Assembly: GCA_027487775.1 (NCBI GenBank)
Contig: JAIYCY010000025.1
Coordinates: 179,692 to 211,691 of the forward strand
Source of the DNA: Planctomycetaceae bacterium
GTDB taxonomy: Bacteria > Planctomycetota > Phycisphaerae > Tepidisphaerales > Tepidisphaeraceae
Direction of reading: 5' to 3'
DNA: 32,000 bases
Part shown: piece after piece, positions 16,622-25,606 of the stretch
How positions within the stretch are numbered: the first letter of the stretch is position 1
Layout of the letters: every line of letters starts with the position of its first letter
The notes under the pieces: model-generated
What the model saw: only the letters and a program-made list of their open reading frames with translations
Told to the model about the DNA's origin: nothing
Database searches by the model: none
Program-made: the position numbers and the translations under genes

Positions 16622-17245
16622 ATGTCCATCGCCACGCTTTGCGCGCTTGCCATCATGTTCATCGTCGGCTTTTATTGGGGCCGCGTCATCAAACTCGTGC
16701 TCAAGGCTCGCCGCGTCGAGGGCCACTCCGCCCACTTTCTTCCGCCGGAACTGATCGGAAAGATCATCCGCGTCATCTGGTATCCCACGGTGGGCATTTG
16801 GATTCTCACCGGTTTGCTCGTCGCCACGCTCGATCCTGCCCCCGCGCCTCTCGTCCCGCTCTACAACATTCCCGCGATCCAGATTCCGGCGGTCGTGCTT
16901 GCCTTTATCATCCTGCTGCTGACGATGCGATGTTGGCGCAAGATGGGCCGCGACTGGCGGATGGGCATTGATCCCAACGAGAAGAACAATCTCATCATCA
17001 CCGGTCCGTACGCCTATGTGCGCCACCCGATTTACGCGCTGCAGCAGGCCCTCGCCGTCATGAGCGCGATCGCTGTTCCGGTTCCGATGATGCTCGCGGT
17101 CGCGATCATCGAAATCGTCCTGCTCACCTGGGAAGCCATCCGCGAAGAACGCCACCTCACCCGCGTACACGGCCAAACCTACGGCGATTACATCAAACGC
17201 ACCGGACGATTCATCCCGAAGATCCTCCGAACCTCCGCCGCCTGA
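16622..17245 (+). CDS. Membrane methyltransferase of the ICMT / phospholipid-methyltransferase (PEMT) family
   Basis: 207 aa with 4-5 hydrophobic segments. The C-terminal signature is ITGPYAYVRHPIYALQ...REERHLTRVHGQTYGDYIKRTGRFIP, typical of isoprenylcysteine carboxyl methyltransferase-like proteins. Confidence 0.8.
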   Translation: MSIATLCALAIMFIVGFYWGRVIKLVLKARRVEGHSAHFLPPELIGKIIRVIWYPTVGIWILTGLLVATLDPAPAPLVPLYNIPAIQIPAVVLAFIILLLTMRCWRKMGRDWRMGIDPNEKNNLIITGPYAYVRHPIYALQQALAVMSAIAVPVPMMLAVAIIEIVLLTWEAIREERHLTRVHGQTYGDYIKRTGRFIPKILRTSAA

Positions 17246-17319
17246 ATCACGACGCGCCCAGTCGCCCACCATGATTCAATGTTTATTCGATCGGATCACG
17301 CGCATCATCGAAGACGCCC

Positions 17320-18564
17320 ATGCCCGATCCATCCCGAAACAGAATCGGTCGCTTCCAGCAGATCATGCAACGTTGGGAATCCCTTGCCCCTTACAACGCC
17401 GGGCAAACCCTTCGCCTTGCTGGCCCCGTCTCGATCGATGCAATTCGCGACGCATGGCAAGGAACACTCCAAACGCTCAATCCAGAATCTCTTGACATCC
17501 GCTCCGCCGATCTCGATCTCGTCCGCGCCTCGCTCGATCAGCATGCCACCATCCAACTCAACCGCCCGTTTGGCGACCACGAGCCAGCCCTGCGGCCGTT
17601 CGTCATCGTCGATCCCCATCTGCTCACTTCCGCCACAACATTCGGCCTCTTCTACCGCCACTGCATCGCCGACTCCTCGTCGATTCGCTTGCTCACGCGT
17701 GCATGGATGAGTCATCTTCTCGCCATGCAAGGCCAGGCCGGATTCAACATCTCGACTGCCTCGCCGCTCATTCCATCGCGTCGCGATCCGTCGATGGTGT
17801 CTGTCTTCGCGCCCGGGCATATGCTGGGAGAGTTTCGCAGGCTCGTACAGATCAAGCGGTCGCGACGGCTCGCCTCGCCCACGCACGTGGAATCGCCCGT
17901 CGCGTGGTTCGAGTTCGATCCACCGACCGGTTGGATTGGCCGCGTGGTCGCTCGTTCGCGCGGGTTGGGATTGAAGGTCAACGATCTATTCGTCGCTTCG
18001 CTGGCCGTCCAAGCTCATCGATTCGTGCCACATGAAGGATCCTCTAAACGTCAGGATCTGGGCATCGGCACGATCGCAGACGTGCGCAGCCCCGCCGACG
18101 ATCGCGATTCGCGATTCGGCGTGCGGCTGGGATTGTTGCAGCAGTACATCCCCGCCGCCCATCTCGTCGACTTCGATCGCGCCATCCGATTCCTCTCGCG
18201 ATCGCGTTCATCCATCGATCGACTCGATCTCGATCGCGTCACGCAATTGCGACTCGCGCTTGCGCTCTGGCAGCATGGACGCCTGGATCGCAACGCACTC
18301 CTGGAATTTTATCGCAAGCGGTGCCCGCTCATGGCTGGCATCAGCAACGTCAATCTCGCGACCGATTCGCTCAGCCGCATCGCACCCGATCCGTTGCTCG
18401 ACTACGTTCGGCAAAGCCCGCTCGGTCCGACCGTGCCGCTCGTGCTCACGCCCACCACGCTAGGCGACCGCGTGACGATCGGCGTTACCCATCGACCCGC
18501 CTTGATCGATTCGACCCGAGCGCGACAGCTTGTCGAACAGTTCGTCACCACACTTGCGGGCTGA
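17320..18564 (+). CDS. Condensation / WS-DGAT / PapA5-superfamily acyltransferase-like protein
   Basis: 414 aa. A variant HxxxD catalytic motif sits in FGLFYRHCIADSSSIRLLTRAW at the expected position, about 110 aa from the N-terminus. The C-terminal block GISNVNLAT...PLGPTVPLVLTPTTLGDRVTIGVTH resembles the SNVPGP...PL...l.i region of WS/DGAT enzymes. Confidence 0.55.
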   Translation: MPDPSRNRIGRFQQIMQRWESLAPYNAGQTLRLAGPVSIDAIRDAWQGTLQTLNPESLDIRSADLDLVRASLDQHATIQLNRPFGDHEPALRPFVIVDPHLLTSATTFGLFYRHCIADSSSIRLLTRAWMSHLLAMQGQAGFNISTASPLIPSRRDPSMVSVFAPGHMLGEFRRLVQIKRSRRLASPTHVESPVAWFEFDPPTGWIGRVVARSRGLGLKVNDLFVASLAVQAHRFVPHEGSSKRQDLGIGTIADVRSPADDRDSRFGVRLGLLQQYIPAAHLVDFDRAIRFLSRSRSSIDRLDLDRVTQLRLALALWQHGRLDRNALLEFYRKRCPLMAGISNVNLATDSLSRIAPDPLLDYVRQSPLGPTVPLVLTPTTLGDRVTIGVTHRPALIDSTRARQLVEQFVTTLAG

Positions 18565-18641
18565 TTCGGGCAAATCTGTCTCGATTCACGATTCCGTCCA
18601 TTGGAAGATCACGGAATGGATCCTGAAATGGATGTGCACGA

Positions 18642-19598
18642 TCAAATCGACCATTCGGAAATCCGCACGCGCTCGCAGAGTTTTTTGATTCTCATCGGAT
18701 CGACGTGGGCGGCATGCGGTGATTCCACATTCGCCCCCGCAGCTGCGGTTCCGAGGACCAGCGCTCGCGGCAGATCGCCTCCTTCGGCGATCTCCAGCGC
18801 GACGCCGGCGGTAAAACAATCCCCCGACCCGATCGCGCTGACCACGGCTGCCGTCTCACCCGCCGCCCGCATCGTCCGCTTCCCGTCGCTGGCGATCGTC
18901 GCCTCCGCGCCGCGCGTCACGATCACCCACGCACCGCTCGCCTCCGCAAGCTTTTTCACGCATACCGCCAGGTCCTCGTCGGTCTCAACCTCGATCCCAA
19001 AACTCATGCACAGCTCGCGCTCGTTCACCTTGATGATCCCCGCCCCCGCCTCGAGCGCTTCGATAAGCGGCCTGCCGGTCGCATCGACCACACACACCAC
19101 GCCGCTCTCGTGCGCCAGATCCACACACCGCGCATAGTACGAGGTATCCATTCCCGGCGCGAGCGATCCGCTTAGCACGATCGCCTGCACATCCTGTTCT
19201 TCCATCACACGGTGCAGATTCGACAGCAATTGTTCCGGCTCATGGGCGGGCAATGCGTGGGATTCTTCGACTAATTCAGTCGACGATGCGGTTTCGTCGT
19301 CGATGACGGTGACACACAATCGCGTGGGTGAATGGCTATGCACAAAGTCATAGGCGATGAACGCTTCGTCCAGATCTCGGGTCATCGCACGTCCACGATC
19401 CCCGCCGACGATGCCAAGACATAGCGGCCTCGCGCCCATTGTCTTAAGGCAACGCGCGACGTTCACCGCCTTGCCTGCGGCGTATTCGTGCACGCGATCG
19501 GTCCGATTGACAGCGTCGAGCGTCAGACGCCCGAACCGCATCGTCCGCGCCAGAGTCGCCGAGGTACCCAGGCATACGATCACACCACGTTCACTCAT
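18642..19598 (-). CDS. PfkB-family sugar kinase, 1-phosphofructokinase/tagatose-6-phosphate-kinase-like
   Basis: 318 aa. N-terminal AAGKAVNVARCLKTMG (compare GGKGINVSRVL), LSGSLAPGM, IIKVNERE, and the C-terminal PfkB signature SAIGSGDCFTAGVA. Its ATG (19598) overlaps the TGA of the upstream lptD-like gene (ATGA). Confidence 0.8.
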   Translation of the reverse strand: MSERGVIVCLGTSATLARTMRFGRLTLDAVNRTDRVHEYAAGKAVNVARCLKTMGARPLCLGIVGGDRGRAMTRDLDEAFIAYDFVHSHSPTRLCVTVIDDETASSTELVEESHALPAHEPEQLLSNLHRVMEEQDVQAIVLSGSLAPGMDTSYYARCVDLAHESGVVCVVDATGRPLIEALEAGAGIIKVNERELCMSFGIEVETDEDLAVCVKKLAEASGAWVIVTRGAEATIASDGKRTMRAAGETAAVVSAIGSGDCFTAGVALEIAEGGDLPRALVLGTAAAGANVESPHAAHVDPMRIKKLCERVRISEWSI

Positions 19599-22500
19599 CG
19601 CGAGCCGCTCCGCGTATCGCCTGCGTTCAGCACGCCCATACCCATGGGCGAGAATCCAAATCGCAGGCCGCTCTCGCGCTCGACATCGTCGTAGTAAAAC
19701 CCGACGGTCAGCGCGTATTGATCGAATCGCCTCACGATCGCGACATTCAGATCACGACTCTCGCTGTCGCTGAGGCTGAACGCCAAGCCGAGATTAACCG
19801 AGTACTTCGGGCTCATTTGATAGTCCGCCCGAAAGCTGCCGATCGTCGAATTGATCTCACCGATGTATCGTGCCCCGACGTAATAGCGCACGCGTGGATC
19901 GCGCGCCACTGCAACACCCGCCGCCGCTGTGGCAAGCGTTCCCTCGGCCAGGTTGTAGCTCACATCACCCAACAGCGCCGTTGTATCGCTCACACGCCAG
20001 TTTGCCTCCAAGAACGCGCCATTCCGCGGTATTCCCGCCTCCGGCGCACTGGCAAACCACACGCCTCGGAATCCACGCGTGCTGTCCGGCGATTCGAAAT
20101 CGAGTGGATCGGCTTCGTCCGGCGTGTTCGCAAAGAACGCCACGCCGGCATTCAGCGACAGAACATCGACGCTCCGCTGTCGCCCGGCATCGCCTCGCTT
20201 GGTCTGGAATCGCTGTCTCACATTCAGTTGCACTGAATGCACATCCTGAATGCCGTCGATCGCCTCGTCATAGACAAAGACCTCACCACGATCCGTCGTT
20301 TGAGCACTTGAATAGAGATGAAGTTCCGGCTCGATGACGTGCCGCAATCCGCGCAGATCAAACAGTCGAGAACTCACGCCCGGATAGACACGCCACATCG
20401 CCGTCGCCAGGCGTACACCTGCAGCCGCGTAGAGGCGATCCGTCCCGCTGCCGTCGGGCGTATCACTCCATGCGGTGTATCGACCCACGATGTACGGCAC
20501 CAACTTCATCGGCCCGAGCCCGAGCGGAAGCGACACTTCCTGCCTGAAATCCCCGCGGGCGACATAGCTCTCATCCGCGCCGGAAAAGCCGTAACCCGCC
20601 AGCCCTGGGTTCAGTCGTCGGCTTCCGCGTCTAAATCCGAGATCCCCGTCCAGGTCGCTTCGACTGATGCTCGCCCGCAGACCGGAAACGACGTTGTTGC
20701 TGTTCCATGTGACGAGGCTTTCCCCGAGCGTATCACCGATACGGTGATAGCCGATTTCCGGCAACCGCTCGACTTGCATCGTTCGGCGCTCGCCTTCGAC
20801 GATCACAACTTCCTGCAGTTGATCCGCACTTGTCGCCAGGTTGTTAGCGTCATAGCTCACCAGCAACGTCAGCGCTTCGATGTCAGTCTGCTTCTTGGCA
20901 TAGATCGCCAGTTCCTGATTCAGTCCGTTGTTGAATTGTTGTTCGTACCATTCTTCGAGGAAGGTCGGATCAGACGTGTAGCCCGCCCGCGCCTGCAATT
21001 GCCAGCCGCCTGGCGTGAAGTGCTGATGCTGCCACTCCGCCCGCCCGCGCACACGGCCATCATTCTCGATCCGGCGTCGATCCCCGCCGAGCCGATCCTC
21101 ACCATCGTCGTAAGCCAGATAGGTGGAAAGATCGCCCGAAAAGCTCCACGGCAGTCGCCCGTCGGCGTCGACGTAGTTGCCCTGATACTTCGCATCGACG
21201 CCTGCCGCCGGTCCGCGCGTGCTGTAGTAGTCGGCGTTTAGCGTCGCATCCAATCCGCGTGGCGCATTGAATCCGAACATGTCGAACAACGCCCATTCGC
21301 TTTCCACCCCAAAGCCGAATCCTCGCGAATTGCTGAATGCAAGCGTGCGTAGCGGAATCCCCTGATCAGTGACCGAACCAGAAACCCGCGGCAGCCAGAA
21401 AAACGGCACGCCGTATGCGTTGAGCGTGACGTTGTCTGCCCGAAAGTTTGTCTGATCGCTTTCGCGTGCATTCTCCGGGGGTTTCTGCGTCACATACACC
21501 CGACTCGCCCGCAAGCTCAAACTCGGGGTTGCAAAACTGCTTGTCGAAACGACCGCCCCGTCCGCGTCGTACGCATCCTCGCCCAGTCGCCTCACTTCGC
21601 GTCCGCGCACCACGAGCGGTAGCTTGGTCTGCGGATCGCTGGTCTGCAAAATCGCATCCGACAACACTGCCCGCTCGCTTCGGAAATCGTACAACACCCG
21701 ACCAGCGCGGAGTCGCTGCTCCGTACGATCCCGCGCCGCTGGCGTGTAGTTCACCAGCACCGCTCCCTCAAGGTATGCCGACTCAATGTCTCGCACGCCT
21801 GATCCGCCCTGCTGCAAAAGCTCCCGCAGATCAGTCATACTGCTGAACAGCACGGCCCGATCCGCGCGCAGTTCCACATGATCGCCGTTCTCACGTGTCT
21901 GGGTCAGAAAGACCTCGCCTTCGAGCACCAGTGCAAGCGTCCCGTCTTCGGCACGCTCCGTCGAGGCGGAGCCCGCGCGGAATCTCACGGGCAGGAGCGC
22001 CGTTCCCCCCGATCCCACCGCCGGTCCGGACGCATCACTCGCGCGCACGTTCGATGCTGAACTCGATGCCAAACTTGATGCCGCAGGCGACGCCCCATTC
22101 GGTGTCGCCTCAGGACGGACCTCGATGGCTTCGGCATTCCGAAGGGCGATCGCGCGCGCATAGCTCGCATCGTCGTTCATCGCGCGACGATCCAGCGTCC
22201 TGGCCTCCACGCTCAATTGCGGCCTAACGGTCGCGGTCAGTCTCAATCGATCCCCGGATCGTTCCACCCCATCGCGTTCAACACGCACACCACCGAGCAG
22301 GGCTGCCTCCAGTTCAAACAGCCCGTCATCGCGTGGTGTGATCCAGATCACGACTTCGTCAGCCCGCGCGATCGCCTGATCGAGCGTCAATCGGATTCCG
22401 CCGCGTGCGAGTAGCACCCGTGTCTTGCCATCGCCCCACGCCCACGCCTGATCACAGGCCAGCCTCATCGCATCGAGGATCGCAGGGGCGGCGATTGATG

Positions 22501-22753
22501 GATCTGTCGGGGCACCGATGGCTCCGATCGCGCGATTGGCTACCGCGTTGCCTGCACCGATCGCATCGGATGCTTTTTTGGCTTCGACTGCGCCTTTGGC
22601 TTCGACTACGCCTTTGGCTTCGACTGCGCCTTTGGCGGCGTTCTTTGGGGTCATCATCCCCACAGCCGCGGGTTGGGCCCAAACCTCCGCCGACCCCATG
22701 GCGCTGGCGGCGATCGAACCGCACACCCACGTCAACATCCGTCGTTTGCTCAC
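19595..22753 (-). CDS. lptD: Large outer-membrane beta-barrel protein, LptD/OstA-like (LPS-assembly protein candidate)
   Basis: 1052 aa. Signal peptide MSKRRMLTWVCGSIAASAMGSAEVWAQ. The N-terminal OstA-like segments are GDGKTRVLLARGGIRLTLDQAIARADEVVIW and LRADRAVLFS...AYLEGAVLVNY. The long C-terminal region has alternating beta-strand patterning and aromatic-rich strand ends. Confidence 0.55.
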   Translation of the reverse strand: MSKRRMLTWVCGSIAASAMGSAEVWAQPAAVGMMTPKNAAKGAVEAKGVVEAKGAVEAKKASDAIGAGNAVANRAIGAIGAPTDPSIAAPAILDAMRLACDQAWAWGDGKTRVLLARGGIRLTLDQAIARADEVVIWITPRDDGLFELEAALLGGVRVERDGVERSGDRLRLTATVRPQLSVEARTLDRRAMNDDASYARAIALRNAEAIEVRPEATPNGASPAASSLASSSASNVRASDASGPAVGSGGTALLPVRFRAGSASTERAEDGTLALVLEGEVFLTQTRENGDHVELRADRAVLFSSMTDLRELLQQGGSGVRDIESAYLEGAVLVNYTPAARDRTEQRLRAGRVLYDFRSERAVLSDAILQTSDPQTKLPLVVRGREVRRLGEDAYDADGAVVSTSSFATPSLSLRASRVYVTQKPPENARESDQTNFRADNVTLNAYGVPFFWLPRVSGSVTDQGIPLRTLAFSNSRGFGFGVESEWALFDMFGFNAPRGLDATLNADYYSTRGPAAGVDAKYQGNYVDADGRLPWSFSGDLSTYLAYDDGEDRLGGDRRRIENDGRVRGRAEWQHQHFTPGGWQLQARAGYTSDPTFLEEWYEQQFNNGLNQELAIYAKKQTDIEALTLLVSYDANNLATSADQLQEVVIVEGERRTMQVERLPEIGYHRIGDTLGESLVTWNSNNVVSGLRASISRSDLDGDLGFRRGSRRLNPGLAGYGFSGADESYVARGDFRQEVSLPLGLGPMKLVPYIVGRYTAWSDTPDGSGTDRLYAAAGVRLATAMWRVYPGVSSRLFDLRGLRHVIEPELHLYSSAQTTDRGEVFVYDEAIDGIQDVHSVQLNVRQRFQTKRGDAGRQRSVDVLSLNAGVAFFANTPDEADPLDFESPDSTRGFRGVWFASAPEAGIPRNGAFLEANWRVSDTTALLGDVSYNLAEGTLATAAAGVAVARDPRVRYYVGARYIGEINSTIGSFRADYQMSPKYSVNLGLAFSLSDSESRDLNVAIVRRFDQYALTVGFYYDDVERESGLRFGFSPMGMGVLNAGDTRSGSR
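22581..22634. repeat. 3 x 18-bp tandem repeat inside the lptD-like gene, encoding (KGAVEA)-type hexapeptides
   Basis: GCTTCGACTGCGCCTTTG at 22581-22598, GCTTCGACTACGCCTTTG at 22599-22616, GCTTCGACTGCGCCTTTG at 22617-22634. Protein: AKGAVEAKGVVEAKGAVEAKKA, just after the signal peptide. Confidence 0.9.
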
Positions 22754-22895
22754 AGGACTCCTTCCACTTCACGCCCGGTCCATCCGGGAAGTCGTCAGAA
22801 TACCCGCACTCGCCCGCGATGCCACATTCCGCCCCTGTCTTGCGATCGTCATGCCGCATGTCACAACGCATGCCGCGCGGTAAGCTGGTCTGACC

Positions 22896-23705
22896 ATGAC
22901 AAGCCAGCTTCATATCGCCGTCGCAGGGGCCGCTGGTCGTATGGGCCAGCGTATTCTCGCACTGGCTCGCGAGATGCCCGACGTCCGCATCGTCGACGCG
23001 CTCACGCACGCGGATGATCCGGAGCTAGGTCGCGATGTCGGTGAGGTTGCGGGCATCGGACCGATAGGCGTGCCGCTCGCTGTCGAGATGGATTTCGAGC
23101 CGATGCCTCACGTGTTGATCGATTTTTCCAAGCCCGAAGGCACACGGCACTGGCTCTCGGTCTGTCATCATCGACGACTGCCCATCGTCATCGGCACGAC
23201 CGGTCTGACCCCGAACGACCAGCGCGCCCTCGACGAGGCCGCGCTCAAAATCCCCGTGCTTCAAGCCACCAACACCAGCATGGGCGTCGCCGTTCTAAAT
23301 GCCATCAGCGCGATGATGGCGCGCATGCTGGGTGATTCCTTCGACATCGAGATCACCGAGATCCACCATCGCCACAAGAAAGACGCCCCCAGCGGGACCG
23401 CCCTGACCCTCGCTGACCGCATCCTCGAGGCCACGCGTAGGCCCAAATCCAAGCTCGTCTTCGGGCGCGATCCCGAATCCGCACCCCACCAGCCCGGCGA
23501 CATCGGCATCCATAGCCTCCGCATGGGCGACGTCACCGGCACCCACACACTCCACTTCGCCGGCGACGGCGAACGACTCGAACTCACTCACATCGCCACC
23601 CATCGCGACGTCTTTGCCCGCGGGGCACTCAGAGCAGCCGCATGGCTCGCAGGACGCGGCGCAGGTCGCTACCGCATCGAAGACGTTCTCGGCATCGATC
23701 GTTAA
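22896..23705 (+). CDS. dapB: 4-hydroxy-tetrahydrodipicolinate reductase
   Basis: 269 aa. IAVAGAAGRMGQ (NAD(P)-binding), IGTTG, EITEIHHRHKKDAPSGTAL (the DapB signature). Confidence 0.9.
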   Translation: MTSQLHIAVAGAAGRMGQRILALAREMPDVRIVDALTHADDPELGRDVGEVAGIGPIGVPLAVEMDFEPMPHVLIDFSKPEGTRHWLSVCHHRRLPIVIGTTGLTPNDQRALDEAALKIPVLQATNTSMGVAVLNAISAMMARMLGDSFDIEITEIHHRHKKDAPSGTALTLADRILEATRRPKSKLVFGRDPESAPHQPGDIGIHSLRMGDVTGTHTLHFAGDGERLELTHIATHRDVFARGALRAAAWLAGRGAGRYRIEDVLGIDR

Positions 23706-23728
23706 TGCCACGCAACCTGCGTCATGAC

Positions 23729-23790
23729 GAACCGGATGATTCGCTTCGAACCGGATGAGTCGCTTCGAACCGGATGATCGCTACGAACGG
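23729..23790. repeat. Intergenic tandem direct repeat, about 3.3 copies of a 19-bp unit
   Basis: GAACCGGATGATTCGCTTC (23729-23747), GAACCGGATGAGTCGCTTC (23748-23766), GAACCGGATGATCGCTAC (23767-23784), then GAACGG (23785-23790). It lies in the convergent gap between dapB and queG. Confidence 0.9.
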
Positions 23791-23912
23791 TCTTTCACCA
23801 CGCCCATGCTACGTAGATTCGACGCTAGCGCGGGCCGCACTCGCACATGCCGCTCAACGCAGGGCCATGCCGGCTCAGCGCGCTTTCGCACACCTCTTTG
23901 GAATCAGTTCGT

Positions 23913-24896
23913 TTAAGCATGTCGCGCGTTCCGCTGCAGCTGAGGCAGTTTCACCCGCCTCACCGGCGTATGTCGAGTGAACGACCAATACCGCTCCTCG
24001 TCCCACGACAGCACCTCCGTCCGCCCCACCATCGCCGGCAGACGCGGTCTCAGCTTCTCATCTGTTGCCAGCGGTGCCTTTCCGTTGTAGGGGCAAACAT
24101 CCTGACACACATCACATCCGAACAGCCATCCCGAAAGCCCCGGCGTCGATTTGTCGAAGTCGCTTTGCCTCTCAATCGTCAGATAGCTGATGCACCGACT
24201 CGCGTCGATCGTGTAGGGCTCGATGCACTGCGTCGGACATGCCTCGATGCATCGCTGGCACGTCCCGCAACGATCCGGCATTGCCTCATCGGTCGGTAAG
24301 GCCAGACTCGTCAACACCTCGCCGAGGAAAGTGAAGCTACCGATGCGTGGATGTATGAGCATCGTGTTTTTTCCCACCCAGCCGATTCCAGCCCGCGTGG
24401 CTAGCTCACGCTCCATCACCGGGGCCGTATCCACACCACATCGCGTCGTCGTTCCGGGAACCTTCTCCCGCAACCAGTCCGCGATCGCGTAGAGCCGCGG
24501 TTTGATGTGCGTGTGATAGTCGATCGCCCGGGCGTAACGCGCGATCCTCAATTCATCCTCCGATGGAATCAAGCCGCCTGATCCATGGTCATCAGCGTGA
24601 TCATCAACACCAGCCTTGAAAGCATCATCCACTTGATAGTTCATCGACACGCAGATCACCGACATCGCACCCGGCAGATAGACTTTTGGATCGACGCGTT
24701 CTTCGAATCGTTCATGCAGATACGCCATCTCCCCCGATCGCCCCGCGTCGATCCATTGCCTGAGATGCTCGCGATAACGACTCGCCTCCGCCGACGCGAT
24801 CCCGACCGCGTCAAAGCCCAGCGACCGCGCCTTCTGCTTCACCAGCGCCGCCCGCTGCATCGTGTCACTTGGGAATGGTTCGCTCTCATCAGGCAT
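23913..24896 (-). CDS. queG: tRNA epoxyqueuosine(34) reductase
   Basis: 327 aa. LGFDAVGIA...GEMAYLH, 4Fe-4S motif CGTCQRCIEACPTQCI, ISYLTIE, and a second cluster at CDVCQDVCPYN. Confidence 0.9.
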   Translation of the reverse strand: MPDESEPFPSDTMQRAALVKQKARSLGFDAVGIASAEASRYREHLRQWIDAGRSGEMAYLHERFEERVDPKVYLPGAMSVICVSMNYQVDDAFKAGVDDHADDHGSGGLIPSEDELRIARYARAIDYHTHIKPRLYAIADWLREKVPGTTTRCGVDTAPVMERELATRAGIGWVGKNTMLIHPRIGSFTFLGEVLTSLALPTDEAMPDRCGTCQRCIEACPTQCIEPYTIDASRCISYLTIERQSDFDKSTPGLSGWLFGCDVCQDVCPYNGKAPLATDEKLRPRLPAMVGRTEVLSWDEERYWSFTRHTPVRRVKLPQLQRNARHA

Positions 24897-24982
24897 GGAG
24901 GACCGATCCTACCCGATGTCACATTGCCGCATACCGCCTTCATCGGTTGACACAACCATGAAATCCCCCGACGCTCATCCGC

Positions 24983-25372
24983 ATGGACGCGTTACTCGAT
25001 TCCCTGAAATTCGACGACAAAGGCCTGATCCCCGCCATCATTCAGGATGCTGCGAACGGGCAGGTTCTGATGTTCGCATTTATGAATCGCACCAGCTTGC
25101 AAAAGACGATCGAGACCGGGCTGTGCCACTATTGGTCGCGCTCGCGCGGAAAGCTATGGCTCAAGGGTGAATCGAGCGGCCACACGCAAAAAGTCATCTC
25201 CATGCGCACCGATTGCGATCAGGACGTCGTCCTTATCGAAGTCGAGCAACAAGGCGTCGCCTGCCACGACGGCTATCGTTCATGCTTCTATAGGCGTCTG
25301 GAACACGAAGCCTGGCAAGTCGAGGGTAAACCCGACATCGACCCTGAATCGATCTACGGAAAGAAGTCTTAG
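24983..25372 (+). CDS. hisI: Phosphoribosyl-AMP cyclohydrolase (monofunctional HisI)
   Basis: 129 aa. [29 protein letters not shown]...[23 protein letters not shown]...[28 protein letters not shown]. No HisE domain is fused. Confidence 0.9.
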   Translation: MDALLDSLKFDDKGLIPAIIQDAANGQVLMFAFMNRTSLQKTIETGLCHYWSRSRGKLWLKGESSGHTQKVISMRTDCDQDVVLIEVEQQGVACHDGYRSCFYRRLEHEAWQVEGKPDIDPESIYGKKS

Positions 25373-25424
25373 GTCGTCTATCGCACCGGGTCAAAGAATT
25401 CGCCAAGCCTCAAGCATTCGCTGA

Positions 25425-25461
25425 GACAAACGAAAAACCTCGGCAAGAGAACTTGCCGAGG
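25425..25461 (-). terminator. Rho-independent terminator closing the minus-strand DUF1559/GH2 transcription unit
   Basis: 10-bp perfect GC-rich stem CCTCGGCAAG (25438-25447) / CTTGCCGAGG (25452-25461) with loop AGAA. On the minus strand it is followed by TTTTTCGTTTG. A second small hairpin, GGTGAG-CGA-CTCACC (25469-25483), lies just upstream. Confidence 0.6.
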
Positions 25462-25606
25462 TCATCATGGTGAGCGACTCACCGTCTTCGAACAGCCGAG
25501 AGAGACACGCCGAAATCGACCCGAGACAGACTCCACGCGCAGCGTTCGGGAATTGATCGCCTTGGGTTATGACGCGCCCGTCCGTTGCCGCACGTTGACT
25601 TGCCAA

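Noticed and set aside
22581-22634. Tandem repeats at 22581-22634 and 23729-23790, considered as CRISPR arrays
   Set aside because: The units are directly adjacent with no spacers, there are only about 3 copies, one set lies inside a CDS, and no cas genes are present.
25391-25606. 71-aa minus ORF (TTG start) listed in the track
   Set aside because: Its GC3 is only about half, against three quarters or more in real genes here. It runs straight through the terminator stem-loop and starts right after an in-frame TGA, so it is more likely non-coding 3' sequence.
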